The notes under the pieces: model-generated
Seen by the model: the letters and a program-made list of their open reading frames with translations, nothing else
Database searches by the model: none
What the model was told of the DNA's origin: nothing
Origin: an uncultured Frigidibacter sp.
GTDB lineage: Bacteria; Pseudomonadota; Alphaproteobacteria; Rhodobacterales; Rhodobacteraceae
DNA: 64,000 nt
NCBI GenBank assembly: GCA_964600685.1
Contig: CAZRKU010000003.1
Location: 196-64,195 of the forward strand
Direction of reading: 5' to 3'
Part shown: one piece after another, positions 1 through 10,193 of the stretch
How positions within the stretch are numbered: position 1 is the stretch's first letter
Layout of the letters: the number at the start of each line of letters is the position of its first letter
Position numbers and translations under genes: made by a program

Positions 1-303
1 CACCTCGTACATCACCGGCTCGAACCGGCTGCACAGGGAAGCGAAGCGCCGGTTGCGTTCGCGCATCTCGGGGGTGCGCAGCATGGCCAGAAAGTCCTCG
101 CGCTGCCGCCATTGGCTGTAGTTGGCGATCCGGGTCTGGGCGTCATTCATGTGCAACCCCGCCCCCACGAAGCCCGGCTGATGGCGGATGAAGTTCTGGT
201 AGGCGTCCTTCAGTTCGTCCATCAGATCCTGCGCGGTGCCGGGCGTCATCTCGAAGGTGGTGATCACGGTCTGGCCGGAAAAAGCGGCGATGATGGTGGG
301 CAT
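1..303 (-). CDS. ABM-domain (antibiotic biosynthesis monooxygenase-like) small protein, 3' end cut by window edge
   Basis: Own translation of the minus strand from the ATG at 303-301 gives MPTIIAAFSGQTVITTFEMTPGTAQDLMDELKDAYQNFIRHQPGFVGAGLHMNDAQTRIANYSQWRQREDFLAMLRTPEMRERNRRFASLCSRFEPVMYEV. There is no stop before the window start, which explains its absence from the ORF track. GC3 is high. Size and pattern fit small ferredoxin-fold ABM proteins. Confidence 0.55.
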   Translation of the reverse strand, partial: MPTIIAAFSGQTVITTFEMTPGTAQDLMDELKDAYQNFIRHQPGFVGAGLHMNDAQTRIANYSQWRQREDFLAMLRTPEMRERNRRFASLCSRFEPVMYEV

Positions 304-553
304 GGCGGCATCCTCGTGTTCGGCGCGGGTCGGTCGGACCGGCAAGGCAAGAGTAACATAGCGCCGGTCCCTGTCCACTGCGGCGGGCATGTGCGACTGC
401 TGGCCGGTTGTAAGATGCACCCCTTCGCGTCAAACTGACCGCGACAGTCCGCAGGCGCGCCATCGGACGACGGAAAGGCCCGAGCCGGATGACAGACCAT
501 CACGCCAATGTTCCTGACAACCCGCGCGGCGAACGGGATCGACCTTCCACAGG

Positions 554-1672
554 GTGCTTCTGATGCGACTGTGGCGGCAGGCCCTGATTTCGGTCGGCAT
601 TCTGGTGGCGGCGCTGGCGGGGTGGGCCGCCTTCCTGCCCGAAGCCCGGCCGATCCTTGCCGCTGTCGGTCTTTCGCAAGAACGACGCCCGCCGGACGGA
701 AGTGCCACAAAGCCCGCCACGCCCCCGGAGGCCACGCCGGTCGTCGTCGAGCCTTTCGCGCGACAGAAGCAGACGGACGTTCTGTCCGCGATCGGAACGG
801 CACGCGGGATCAGGTCCGTAGCGCTGGCGACCGAGATCACCGGGCGGGTTGTGGCGGTCCGGGCGGCACCGGGCGATCAGGTTGCCGAGGGCGCAATAGT
901 GCTCGAACTGGACAGCGAGAATGCGCGCATCGCGCTGGAGCGCAGCCGCCTGCTGGCGGCCGATGCCCAGGAAAAATTTGACCGGCTTGCGCGCCTGGCC
1001 CTGTCCGGCGCCGTGACCGACCAGCAGATCAAGGATGCGGAACTCGCGCTGAAGTCAGCGCAGCTTGAGGAACAGGCAGCCCTGTCCGACCTGTCACGCC
1101 ATGTCATCCTGTCCCCGATCCAGGGCCGGATCGGACTTATACCCGTCGAACCTGGCGACATGATCGGCGCGGGCACGGCCATCACCTCGGTCGAGGACCG
1201 CTCCTCCCTCGTCGTGGAATTTCGCCTGCCCGAACGCGTGGCGGCGATCGTGAGGCCCGGTGATCCGATCTTCGCCCGCTCGCTGAATGGCGCGGGAGCG
1301 CCGGTCGAGGGCCGGATTTCCGCACTCGACAACCGGGTCGCCCCGGAAAGCCGGTCCCTCGGGGCCGAGGCAATCATCCCCAATCCGGCCGACGAGCTGA
1401 GGCCCGGCATGGCGCTTTCGGTAACGATGACCCTGACCGGGGCCGAACGGCTGGCGGTCGATCCGCTTGCGATCCAGTGGGGCACGGAAGGCGCCTTCGT
1501 CTGGGTCGCCCGTGCTGACAGGGCAGAACGGCTGCCCGTGCGCATCCTGCAACGGCTGCCCGACCGGGTGCTGATCGACGCAGAGCCGCAGGAGGGCGAT
1601 CTGGTGATCACCGAAGGGGTGACGACGCTGCGGCCGGGCATGGCCGTCGCTGTCGTGCCGGATGCGGGTTGA
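554..1672 (+). CDS. RND efflux periplasmic adaptor (membrane fusion protein, HlyD/AcrA family)
   Basis: 372 aa with an N-terminal TM anchor (LISVGILVAALAGWAAFL), a coiled-coil hairpin region (DAELALKSAQLEEQAAL) and beta-barrel motifs. It overlaps the downstream RND permease by 11 nt. Confidence 0.85.
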   Translation: MLLMRLWRQALISVGILVAALAGWAAFLPEARPILAAVGLSQERRPPDGSATKPATPPEATPVVVEPFARQKQTDVLSAIGTARGIRSVALATEITGRVVAVRAAPGDQVAEGAIVLELDSENARIALERSRLLAADAQEKFDRLARLALSGAVTDQQIKDAELALKSAQLEEQAALSDLSRHVILSPIQGRIGLIPVEPGDMIGAGTAITSVEDRSSLVVEFRLPERVAAIVRPGDPIFARSLNGAGAPVEGRISALDNRVAPESRSLGAEAIIPNPADELRPGMALSVTMTLTGAERLAVDPLAIQWGTEGAFVWVARADRAERLPVRILQRLPDRVLIDAEPQEGDLVITEGVTTLRPGMAVAVVPDAG

Positions 1673-4600
1673 GCGGATGGCAGAGCCCATCCTTCCACCC
1701 GGCCACCCCGACGAAGGTCTGCTTGCGCAGCTGATCAGCCGACCGGTTCTGGCGCTGGTCCTGAACCTGCTGATCATACTCGCCGGCTGCGCGGCGCTGT
1801 TGGCCGTCGAGGTTCGCGAACTGCCGAAGGTGGACAATCCGGTCATCACCGTGACGACCGCCTATGACGGGGCGACGCCCGAAACCATCGACCGCGAAAT
1901 CACCGAACCGGTCGAGGGCGCGGTCAGCCGGGTCAGCGGTGTGCGCACGATCAACTCCAGCTCTCGGTTCGGCATGAGCCGGGTCACGATCGAGTTTCAG
2001 GACGACACCAACATCGACCGCGCCGCGACGGACGTGCGCGACGCGCTGGTGCGGATCGGGCGATCACTTCCAGACGGAGCCGAGGAACCGCGCGCGGTCA
2101 AGGCGGACACGAACGGCGAAACCGTCATCCGCCTCTCCCTGACTTCGCCCAGCCGGCCCGCGCAGGAGCTGACCGATTTGGCCGAAACGCTGCTGGACGA
2201 CCGGCTGCTGGCGATCGACGGCGTTGCCGACGTGCAGCTTTCGGGCAACCGCGCGGCCATCGTCGGGGTGGATGTCGACCTCATGCGACTGGCAAGCCGG
2301 GGTCTGACGCTGGCCGATCTGGGCCGTGCGCTGACCGACGTGGGGCTGGACCTTCCGGCCGGCTCGCTCGGGTCGGAGCGGCAGACGTTGCTGATCCGGA
2401 CACGCACCGCGCTGGCCACGCCCGCCGAACTGGAAGGACTGGAAGTGGCGCCCGACGTGCGGCTGGGCGACGTGGCGCAGGTCTTCTTCGGCCCCGAACC
2501 CGGAACATCCTACCTGCGCACGAACGGCGAGAACGGCATCGGGCTTGCGATCATCCGGCAGGCCGAAAGCAACAACCTGACCATCTCGCGCGCTGTCGCC
2601 GATCTGGTGGCAGAAGTGCAGCCCCTGCTGCCCGGCGAGGTGCGGCTCTTCGTCTCCTACGATGCGGCGACCTTCGTGCGCGGCGCGCTTCAGGAAATCG
2701 TGCGTGCCCTGGGTCTGTCGGTCCTGATCGTCGCGCTGATCATCCAGATCTTCCTGCGCGACATCCGGGCAACGCTCATTCCGCTGGTGGCCATCCCGGT
2801 GTCACTGATCGGGACGGTGGCCGCGCTCTGGGTCTTCGGCTTTTCGATCAACATCCTGACCCTTCTCGCCCTGGTCCTGGCCACCGGCCTTGTCGTCGAC
2901 GATGCGATCGTCGTGCTGGAAAACATCGTCCGCCGCCGGAGCGAGGGCCTTGGCGCACGCGCCGCCGCCGTTCTGGGCACGCGGCAGGTGTTCTTCGCGG
3001 TCCTTGCCACCACGACCACGCTCGCTGCGGTCTTCGTGCCGCTGGCCTTCCTGCCCGGCCAGACGGGCCGACTGTTCCGGGAATTCGGCTTTACGCTGGC
3101 AATATCGGTCGCCCTTTCGGCCTTCGTGGCGCTGTCGTTGTGCCCGGTCATGGCCGCCCGCCTTCTGTCGGGCGCCAAACCCGTGCAGGACAGGGCGGCC
3201 GGCTCGGGCGGGGCCGGGGTCTGGCTTGCCCGGCTCTATGCCCGCACCCTGCGCGGCTGCCTGAACGCGCCCCTGCCCGTCCTTGTCTTCTCGGCGCTCT
3301 TTCTCGCGACCGCGTGGGTGGTGCAGGCGGGTCTCAAACGCGAACTCACCCCGCCAGAGGACCGCTCGGTCATCCTCATGTCCATTGCAGCGCCGCAGGG
3401 TGTCTCGCTCGACTATACCGCCAGCCGGATGCAGCAGATCGAGGACCGCCTCGCAGCCCTGCGCGCCTCGGGCGAAGTCACCAGCATCTTTGCCGTGGCG
3501 GGCCAGGGGTCCGAGAGCCGGGGCTTCATGGTCCTGTCACTTGCCGACTGGGCAGCGCGCACCCGCAGCCAGCAGGAGATCGCCGCCGAGGTCGGTCGCC
3601 TGATTGCCCCCGTCATCGGCCTGCGCGCGACGACGATCCAGCCCAACTCGCTTGGCATACGTGGCGCGGGTCAGGGGCTGAGTTTCGCCGTGGTCGGCGC
3701 CGACTTTGCCCTGCTGGCCGACACGGCGCGGGCGCTGCGCGACAGGATGCAGGACGACGGCGCCTTCGGGCAGGTCCGCGTCGCCTATGACCTGACCCAG
3801 CCGCAGCTTCTGCTTGAGGTCGACCGCGCGCGCGCCGCCGACATCGGTGTCGACCTTTCCGCGCTCGGCCCGACCTTGCAGGCGGTCCTTGACGGCCGGA
3901 CAGTGGGCCAGGTCTTCCAGAACGGCAAGAGCTATGACGTGCGGCTCTTGTCGCGCACCGATCCGATCAATGATCCGGGCGACATGGAACGGATTTTCGC
4001 CAGGGCCGGCGACGGGCAGATGGTGCCGCTTTCCGCCATCGCCACCCTCACCGAACAGGCGGTGGCGGCGGAACTCGGACGCGAAGGGCTGATGCGTTCG
4101 GTCCCGATCAGTGCGAACCTCGGTCCCGATCTTGCGGTCGGGACGGCCTTTGACCGCGCGCAGCGGCTTGCGGCCGATCTTCTGCCGGCGGGCTACTATC
4201 TGGTCCCGCTGGCCGAGGCGCGAACCCTGCGCGACAGTTCGGCTGGCACGCTGGTGACCTTCGGCTTTGCCCTTGCGCTGGTCTATCTGGTGCTGGCCGC
4301 CCAGTTCGAAAGCCTGATTGCCGCGCTGATCGTGATGGCGACCGTGCCGCTTGGACTGGCCTCTGCCGCCTTCGCCCTGCGCCTGACCGGCGGCAGCCTC
4401 AACCTCTACAGCCAGATCGGCCTTGTGCTTCTGGTCGGGGTGATGGCCAAGAACGCGATCCTGATCGTGGAGTTTGCGGGCCAGCTCCGCGACCGGGGCG
4501 CCCCGGTGCGTGAAGCAATCGAGGAGGCGTCGGTGACACGCCTCCGCCCCGTCGCCATGACCATGATCGCGACTGTTCTGGGGGCGCTTCCCCTTGTCCT

Positions 4601-4853
4601 GGCCTCAGGTGCCGGGGCCGAAGCGCGTGCCGTCCTTGGCTGGGTGATCCTGGGTGGCCTCGGCCTAGCGACGCTTGCCACGCTCTACGTGACGCCGGTG
4701 GCCTACCTGCTGCTCGCCGGGCTGTCGCGCCCGCGCGGGGAAGCCGCTGCCCTGCTCCGCCAGGAACTCGCCGCAGACGCGGCCCGTTCCGCGGGGGAAG
4801 CCAATCGCCCGACCGAGCGCGCAAACCCGCGCAAGGCCGGTCAGAAGGCGTGA
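1662..4853 (+). CDS. RND family efflux transporter permease (AcrB/AcrD/AcrF-like)
   Basis: 1063 aa with the typical 12-TM, two-large-periplasmic-loop layout. Conserved stretches include LVLATGLVVDDAIVVLENI and IGLVLLVGVMAKNAILIVEF. Confidence 0.9.
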   Translation: MRVERMAEPILPPGHPDEGLLAQLISRPVLALVLNLLIILAGCAALLAVEVRELPKVDNPVITVTTAYDGATPETIDREITEPVEGAVSRVSGVRTINSSSRFGMSRVTIEFQDDTNIDRAATDVRDALVRIGRSLPDGAEEPRAVKADTNGETVIRLSLTSPSRPAQELTDLAETLLDDRLLAIDGVADVQLSGNRAAIVGVDVDLMRLASRGLTLADLGRALTDVGLDLPAGSLGSERQTLLIRTRTALATPAELEGLEVAPDVRLGDVAQVFFGPEPGTSYLRTNGENGIGLAIIRQAESNNLTISRAVADLVAEVQPLLPGEVRLFVSYDAATFVRGALQEIVRALGLSVLIVALIIQIFLRDIRATLIPLVAIPVSLIGTVAALWVFGFSINILTLLALVLATGLVVDDAIVVLENIVRRRSEGLGARAAAVLGTRQVFFAVLATTTTLAAVFVPLAFLPGQTGRLFREFGFTLAISVALSAFVALSLCPVMAARLLSGAKPVQDRAAGSGGAGVWLARLYARTLRGCLNAPLPVLVFSALFLATAWVVQAGLKRELTPPEDRSVILMSIAAPQGVSLDYTASRMQQIEDRLAALRASGEVTSIFAVAGQGSESRGFMVLSLADWAARTRSQQEIAAEVGRLIAPVIGLRATTIQPNSLGIRGAGQGLSFAVVGADFALLADTARALRDRMQDDGAFGQVRVAYDLTQPQLLLEVDRARAADIGVDLSALGPTLQAVLDGRTVGQVFQNGKSYDVRLLSRTDPINDPGDMERIFARAGDGQMVPLSAIATLTEQAVAAELGREGLMRSVPISANLGPDLAVGTAFDRAQRLAADLLPAGYYLVPLAEARTLRDSSAGTLVTFGFALALVYLVLAAQFESLIAALIVMATVPLGLASAAFALRLTGGSLNLYSQIGLVLLVGVMAKNAILIVEFAGQLRDRGAPVREAIEEASVTRLRPVAMTMIATVLGALPLVLASGAGAEARAVLGWVILGGLGLATLATLYVTPVAYLLLAGLSRPRGEAAALLRQELAADAARSAGEANRPTERANPRKAGQKA

Positions 4854-4892
4854 TCTGTCGTTGCAGGCCGGACCGGATCCGGGGCCAGGCCG

Positions 4893-4926
4893 CAAAATCA
4901 AAAGGCCCACAAAATCAAAAGGCCCA
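4893..4926. repeat. Perfect tandem duplication of a 17-nt unit CAAAATCAAAAGGCCCA (2 copies)
   Basis: Read directly: caaaatcaaaaggccca at 4893-4909 and again at 4910-4926. It lies between the RND stop and the 3' end of tRNA-Lys. On the minus strand each unit reads GGGCCTTTTGATTTTG, which resembles a terminator tail. Confidence 0.85.
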
Positions 4927-4954
4927 GACGTCACCGCCTGAGCCTTTGATTGTA

Positions 4955-5030
4955 TGGTGAGCCCGACAGGATTCGAACCTGTGACCCACTGATTAAAAGT
5001 CAGTTGCTCTACCAACTGAGCTACGGGCCC
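4955..5030 (-). tRNA. tRNA-Lys (anticodon UUU)
   Basis: The reverse complement is GGGCCCGTAGCTCAGTTGGTAGAGCAACTGACTTTTAATCAGTGGGTCACAGGTTCGAATCCTGTCGGGCTCACCA. It forms a cloverleaf with a 7-bp acceptor stem, anticodon loop CTTTTAA, a GGTTCGAATCC T-arm and an encoded CCA. Confidence 0.95.
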
Positions 5031-5124
5031 AACAGGGCGTTTCTTTATGAAGGCCGCCGGGGGTGGTCAAGTGCAAAAGCGGCGGCACTGGCAAAAACCC
5101 TGCATCGGGCGTATATCCCAGCGC

Positions 5125-5964
5125 ATGAAAGACACTGGCACCGAGAATGGCCTGGCATTCGTGAAGATGCATGGGGCCGGGAATGACTTCGTGATCATCG
5201 ATTCACGGGGGCGCAGCGCCGTGACCACCCCGGCTCTGGCGCGGGCGCTTGGCGACCGCAATCGCGGTGTGGGGTTTGACCAGCTGGCCGAGATCAGGGA
5301 TGCTGAAGGCGCGGATTTCGCGCTGGATTTCTGGAACGCCGACGGCAGCCGCGCCGGGGCCTGCGGCAATGCCAGCCGCTGCGTGGCCAGCCTGATCATG
5401 GGTCAGACCGGCAGGGACCGGATTCTTTTCCGCACCGACCGCGGCGACCTGTCGGCCGAGCGCCGGGCCGATGGGCTGATCAGCGTGAACATGGGCACCC
5501 CGCAACTTCACTGGGCCGAGGTGCCGCTGGCCGAAGAGGCCGATCTCATGCGCCTGCCCCTCCCGGGGGAACCTGCGGCGGTCGGCATGGGCAATCCGCA
5601 CTGCGTCTTCTTCGTGCAGGATGCCGACGCGGTCGACTTGCCACGCGAAGGTGCGGCGATGGAACATCATCCCCTGTTCCCCGAAGCAACGAATGTCGAA
5701 TTCGCGAGCCTTGCCGGGCCGGACCGCCTGCGGATGCGGGTCTGGGAGCGGGGGGCGGGCATCACGCTCGCCTGCGGGTCCGGGGCCTGCGCCACCGCCG
5801 TGGCCGCCCACCGGCGCGGGCTGACCGGGCGGAAGGTCACCCTCGACCTCGACGGCGGCACGCTGGAGATCGACTGGCGCGAGGACGGCGTCTGGATGAC
5901 CGGGCCGACCGCGCTGGTCTTCGAAGGCCAGCTGTCGCAAAGCTTCCTGAAACAGCACGCATGA
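5125..5964 (+). CDS. dapF: Diaminopimelate epimerase
   Basis: Contains [26 protein letters not shown] and both catalytic Cys motifs ([14 protein letters not shown]). The track ORF starts at 5047, and I prefer the ATG at 5125. Confidence 0.9.
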   Translation: MKDTGTENGLAFVKMHGAGNDFVIIDSRGRSAVTTPALARALGDRNRGVGFDQLAEIRDAEGADFALDFWNADGSRAGACGNASRCVASLIMGQTGRDRILFRTDRGDLSAERRADGLISVNMGTPQLHWAEVPLAEEADLMRLPLPGEPAAVGMGNPHCVFFVQDADAVDLPREGAAMEHHPLFPEATNVEFASLAGPDRLRMRVWERGAGITLACGSGACATAVAAHRRGLTGRKVTLDLDGGTLEIDWREDGVWMTGPTALVFEGQLSQSFLKQHA

Positions 5965-7217
5965 ACGCCCCGCCCGTCTTCGCCACGCTCGGCTGTCGGC
6001 TGAATGCCTACGAGACCGAAGCGATGAAGGAACTCGCTGCGGCGGCGGGCGTGGAGGGCGCGGTGATCGTGAACACCTGCGCCGTCACCGCCGAAGCGGT
6101 GCGCAAGGCCAAGCAGGAGATCCGCCGCCTTGCCCGCGCGAACCCCGGCGCGCCGGTCATCGTGACCGGCTGCGCGGCGCAGACCGAGCCCGAGACCTTT
6201 GCCGCCATGCCCGAGGTCACGCGGGTGATCGGCAACCATGAAAAGATGCAGGCCGAGACCTGGGCGGGGCTGAAGGCCCCCGACCTGATCGGCGCCACCG
6301 AACGTATCCAGGTCGACGACATCATGTCGGTCAAGGAAACCGCCGGGCATCTGATCGACGGGTTCGGGCGGCACCGCGCCTATGTGCAGGTCCAGAACGG
6401 CTGCAACCATCGCTGTACCTTCTGCATCATCCCCTATGGGCGCGGAAACTCCCGGTCGGTTCCGGCGGGCGTGGTGATCGAGCAGATCAAAAGGCTGGTG
6501 GGCAAGGGCTTCCTGGAGGTCGTTCTGACCGGCGTCGACCTGACCTCGTGGGGGGGCGACCTGCCCGGCCAGCCACGGCTCGGTGATCTGGTGATGCGTA
6601 TCCTCAGGCTGGTGCCCGACTTGCCGCGCCTGCGCATCTCCTCGATCGATTCCATCGAGGCCGACGAAAACCTGATGCTGGCCATCGCCACCGAACCCCG
6701 GCTGATGCCCCATCTGCACCTGAGCCTTCAGGCCGGCGACGACATGATCCTGAAACGGATGAAGCGCCGCCACCTGCGGGATGACGCGATCCGCTTCTGC
6801 GAGGCGGCGCGGCGGCTGCGCCCCGACATCATCTTCGGCGCGGACATCATCGCCGGTTTCCCGACCGAGACGGAGACGATGTTTGAAAACTCGCTCCGGC
6901 TGGTCACGGACTGCGACCTGACCTTTCTGCATGTCTTTCCCTACAGCCCAAGGAAGGCCACGCCCGCCGCCCGGATGCCGCAGGTGAAGGGCCCTGCGAT
7001 CCGCGAGCGCGCGGCGCGGCTGCGCGCGGCTGGCGAGGCACAGCTGGTTCGGCATCTGGAACAGCAGATCGGCCAGACCCACCGCATCCTGACGGAAGGC
7101 CCGCGCATGGGCCGCACCGAGCAGTTCACCGAAGTGATTTTCGCGTCAGACCAGCCGGAAGGCCGGATCATAGAAGCGCGGATCACCCGAACCCATGCCG
7201 GCAGTCTGGCGGTGTGA
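5961..7217 (+). CDS. mtaB: tRNA (N6-threonylcarbamoyladenosine-37) methylthiotransferase, MiaB-like radical SAM
   Basis: N-terminal UPF0004 domain ([14 protein letters not shown]), radical-SAM CxxxCxxC ([12 protein letters not shown]) and a C-terminal TRAM-like region. It has an ATGA overlap with the dapF stop. Confidence 0.85.
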   Translation: MNAPPVFATLGCRLNAYETEAMKELAAAAGVEGAVIVNTCAVTAEAVRKAKQEIRRLARANPGAPVIVTGCAAQTEPETFAAMPEVTRVIGNHEKMQAETWAGLKAPDLIGATERIQVDDIMSVKETAGHLIDGFGRHRAYVQVQNGCNHRCTFCIIPYGRGNSRSVPAGVVIEQIKRLVGKGFLEVVLTGVDLTSWGGDLPGQPRLGDLVMRILRLVPDLPRLRISSIDSIEADENLMLAIATEPRLMPHLHLSLQAGDDMILKRMKRRHLRDDAIRFCEAARRLRPDIIFGADIIAGFPTETETMFENSLRLVTDCDLTFLHVFPYSPRKATPAARMPQVKGPAIRERAARLRAAGEAQLVRHLEQQIGQTHRILTEGPRMGRTEQFTEVIFASDQPEGRIIEARITRTHAGSLAV

Positions 7218-7303
7218 CCGCAAACCTGCCAGATTGTGACCGGGACAATCCCGCCAATGGCATCGCCCCAGCAATTGCAGCAGACTGACGGCAGGAGGAA
7301 GCC

Positions 7304-7516
7304 ATGCACCCCAACCCCGCCTTCCATGCCGAAACTGCCGATCGAATCCTCGCCTTCGCCCGCGACCGCGGCTTTGGTGTGCTGACGGTGAATGGAGATG
7401 CGGGGCCACTGGCAGCGCATGTGCCGTTCCTGCCGGCCGCCGACGGGATCGAGGCCGCCCCGATCGGGCAGGAGACGGCGCATCTTGCGCGGCTGATGCG
7501 CGGCGTGGAAAGCTGA
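7304..7516 (+). pseudogene. Truncated remnant of a PaiB-family FMN-binding negative transcriptional regulator
   Basis: 70-aa ORF MHPNPAFHAETADRILAFARDRGFGVLTVNGDAGPLAAHVPFL...AHLARL. This matches only the first third or so of PaiB-type proteins, which are normally about 200 aa. The next gene starts 24 nt downstream, so there is no room for the rest. Confidence 0.5.
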
Positions 7517-7539
7517 CCGCCAGCAGACGAGGAGAAGCC

Positions 7540-8148
7540 ATGCGCCTTTATCATTCCCCCACCACGCCCTTCGGCCGCAAGGTGATGGTGGCGCTTCTGG
7601 AAACCGGGCAGGCGGGCGATGTGACCGTGATCGACGCGATGGGCACGCCGCTGGCCCCCGGGACGCTGCCCGTCGGTCACAACCCGTTGGGCAAGATCCC
7701 GGCGCTGGTGACGGACGAGGGACAAGCGATCTACGACAGCCGGGTCATCTGCCGCTATGTCGACCATCTGTCCGGGGGCAGGCTTTACCCCGCCCCGCCG
7801 CGCCTGTGGCAGACCCTGACGCTGGAGGCGACGGCGGACGGAATCCTCGATGCGGCCATTCTGGTGGTCTACGAATCCCGTATCCGGCCCGAGGAAAAAC
7901 GCTTCCCCGACTGGACGGAAGCGCAATGGGCAAAGGTCGCGCGCGCCCTTGATTCCATTGAGGACCGATGGATGGCTTATCTGGCCGGGCCGCTGGACTT
8001 GGGGCAGATCGCGCTGGCTTGCGCGCTCGGTTATCTCGATTTCCGCCATGGCGCGCGCAACTGGCGGGCCGGGCGGCCGGAACTGGCAGCGTGGGAGGCG
8101 GAATTCGCGCGGCGCGACAGTATGATGGCCACCATCCCCAAAGGATGA
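7540..8148 (+). CDS. Glutathione S-transferase family protein
   Basis: 202 aa. N-terminal thioredoxin-like GST fold (MRLYHSPTTPFGRKV...GKIPALV...IYDSRVICRY) and a helical C-terminal domain. A GAGGAG Shine-Dalgarno lies upstream. Confidence 0.85.
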   Translation: MRLYHSPTTPFGRKVMVALLETGQAGDVTVIDAMGTPLAPGTLPVGHNPLGKIPALVTDEGQAIYDSRVICRYVDHLSGGRLYPAPPRLWQTLTLEATADGILDAAILVVYESRIRPEEKRFPDWTEAQWAKVARALDSIEDRWMAYLAGPLDLGQIALACALGYLDFRHGARNWRAGRPELAAWEAEFARRDSMMATIPKG

Positions 8149-8294
8149 GCCCGGCGCGACACAGTGCCTTGCTTGCGCCCGATTGTCCGCTGGACGGACC
8201 GGAATTTGGCGGCTAATAACCGCCCGGAAGGCTGCGGGAAACCGGGGCCGCATGTCGTATGGCCGGATGACGGTCAAGGAAGGGAGAAGAACCC

Positions 8295-8858
8295 GTGTCT
8301 CACGCAGAAGACCACGCAGGCACCCGGAGGGATTTCCTCTACTACGCCACCGCCGGAACCGGGGCGGTTGCCGCCGGGGCATCGGTCTGGACGCTCGTTG
8401 ACCAGATGAATCCGTCAGCCGATGTCCGGGCGCTCAGCTCGATTTTCGTCGATATCAGCGGCGTCCAGGTGGGCACGCAGCTGACGGTGAAATGGCGGGG
8501 CAAGCCGGTCTTCATCCGCCGCCGCTCGCCCGAGGAAATCGAAGCGGCGCGGGCGGTGGCGCTGACCGATCTGGTCGATGCGAAATCCGAAAACGCGAAC
8601 CTTCCCGCCGAGGCCGACGCGGCCGACCAGAACCGCACCCTGGACGAGGCCGGCGAATGGCTGGTGATGATCGGCGTCTGCACCCATCTCGGCTGTGTTC
8701 CCCTTGGCGACGGGGCCGGCGATTTCGGCGGCTGGTTCTGCCCTTGCCACGGGTCGCACTACGACACGGCCGGGCGCATCCGCAAGGGTCCCGCCCCCCG
8801 GAACCTCGATATTCCGGTGGCGAAATTCGAAACCGAAACCACATTGAAGCTGGGCTGA
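8295..8858 (+). CDS. petA: Ubiquinol-cytochrome c reductase Rieske iron-sulfur subunit
   Basis: Tat-type N-terminus [12 protein letters not shown] and Rieske boxes CTHLGCVP and CPCHGSHY. Strongly resembles Rhodobacter PetA/FbcF. Confidence 0.95.
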   Translation: MSHAEDHAGTRRDFLYYATAGTGAVAAGASVWTLVDQMNPSADVRALSSIFVDISGVQVGTQLTVKWRGKPVFIRRRSPEEIEAARAVALTDLVDAKSENANLPAEADAADQNRTLDEAGEWLVMIGVCTHLGCVPLGDGAGDFGGWFCPCHGSHYDTAGRIRKGPAPRNLDIPVAKFETETTLKLG

Positions 8859-8870
8859 GGGGGCAGGCGA

Positions 8871-10193
8871 ATGGCTGGTATTCCGCACGACCATTACGAA
8901 CCGAAATCGGGCTTCGAGAAGTGGCTTCACTCGCGCCTTCCGATCGTCAGCCTTGTCTATGACACGCTGATGATCCCGACGCCGAAGAACCTGAACTGGT
9001 GGTGGATCTGGGGCATCGTCCTGGCCTTCTGCCTTGTCCTGCAGATCGCGACGGGCGTCGCTCTCGCGATGCACTACACGCCGCAGGTCAACATGGCGTT
9101 CGCCTCGGTCGAGCACATCATGCGCAACGTGAACGGCGGCTGGCTCCTGCGCTACCTGCATGCGAACGGCGCCTCGCTGTTCTTCTTCGCCGTCTATGTC
9201 CACATCTTCCGCGGCCTCTTCTACGGCAGCTACAAGGCCCCGCGCGAGGTGACCTGGATCATCGGCATGCTGATCTACCTTACGATGATGGCCACCGCCT
9301 TCATGGGTTACGTTCTGCCCTGGGGCCAGATGTCCTTCTGGGGCGCCACGGTCATCACCGGACTTTTCGGCGCCATCCCCGGCGTCGGGCCGACCATCCA
9401 GGAATGGCTTCTGGGCGGGCCGGCCGTCGACAATGCGACGCTGAACCGGTTCTTCTCGCTCCACTACCTGCTGCCGTTCGTGATCGCGGCGCTTGTCGCG
9501 GTCCATGTCTGGGCCTTCCACACCACCGGAAACAACAACCCGACCGGCGTGGAAGTGCGGCGCGGGTCGAAGGCGGAAGCGGCAAAGGACACCCTGCCCT
9601 TCTGGCCCTATTTCGTGATCAAGGACCTGTTCGCGCTCGCCCTGGTGCTGATGGCCTACTTCGCTGTCGTGGGCTTCATGCCGAACTACCTCGGCGATCC
9701 GGTCAACTATGTCGAGGCGAACCCGCTGGTAACGCCCCCTCATATCGTGCCGGAATGGTATTTCCTGCCCTTCTACGCGATCTTGCGCGCCTTCACGTCG
9801 GACGTCTGGGTAGTGCAGGCTGTGCAGTTCCTCACCTTCGGCATCGTTGATGCCAAGTTCTTCGGGGTTCTGGCGATGTTCGGCGCGATTGCCGTGATGG
9901 CACTGGTACCGTGGCTTGACACGTCGTCGGTGCGGTCGGGACAGTATCGCCCCATGTTCAAATGGTGGTATCGCCTTCTCATCATCGACTTCGTCGTGCT
10001 GATGTGGGTCGGCGCGCAGGTGCCCGACGAACTCAACTCGTGGATTTCGCTGATCGCGTCTGCTTACTGGTTCGGCTATTTCCTGGTGATCCTGCCGCTG
10101 CTGGGCGTGATCGAAAAACCGCTGCCGCAACCGGCGACGATCGAAGATGACTTCAACGCGCACTACGGCGCAACCAGCCACCCTGCCGAGTGA
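8871..10193 (+). CDS. petB: Cytochrome b of the bc1 complex
   Basis: 440 aa with conserved heme-ligand histidines, a [13 protein letters not shown] motif and 8 TM helices. Confidence 0.95.
   Translation: MAGIPHDHYEPKSGFEKWLHSRLPIVSLVYDTLMIPTPKNLNWWWIWGIVLAFCLVLQIATGVALAMHYTPQVNMAFASVEHIMRNVNGGWLLRYLHANGASLFFFAVYVHIFRGLFYGSYKAPREVTWIIGMLIYLTMMATAFMGYVLPWGQMSFWGATVITGLFGAIPGVGPTIQEWLLGGPAVDNATLNRFFSLHYLLPFVIAALVAVHVWAFHTTGNNNPTGVEVRRGSKAEAAKDTLPFWPYFVIKDLFALALVLMAYFAVVGFMPNYLGDPVNYVEANPLVTPPHIVPEWYFLPFYAILRAFTSDVWVVQAVQFLTFGIVDAKFFGVLAMFGAIAVMALVPWLDTSSVRSGQYRPMFKWWYRLLIIDFVVLMWVGAQVPDELNSWISLIASAYWFGYFLVILPLLGVIEKPLPQPATIEDDFNAHYGATSHPAE

Noticed and set aside
4854-5046. Genomic island or integrase at tRNA-Lys (and likewise around tRNA-Leu at 55469-55835)
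   Set aside because: tRNA genes are common integration sites, so I inspected both flanks. I found no integrase, no direct repeat of the tRNA 3' end, and no compositional shift apart from the short tandem repeat. The neighbours are core genes.
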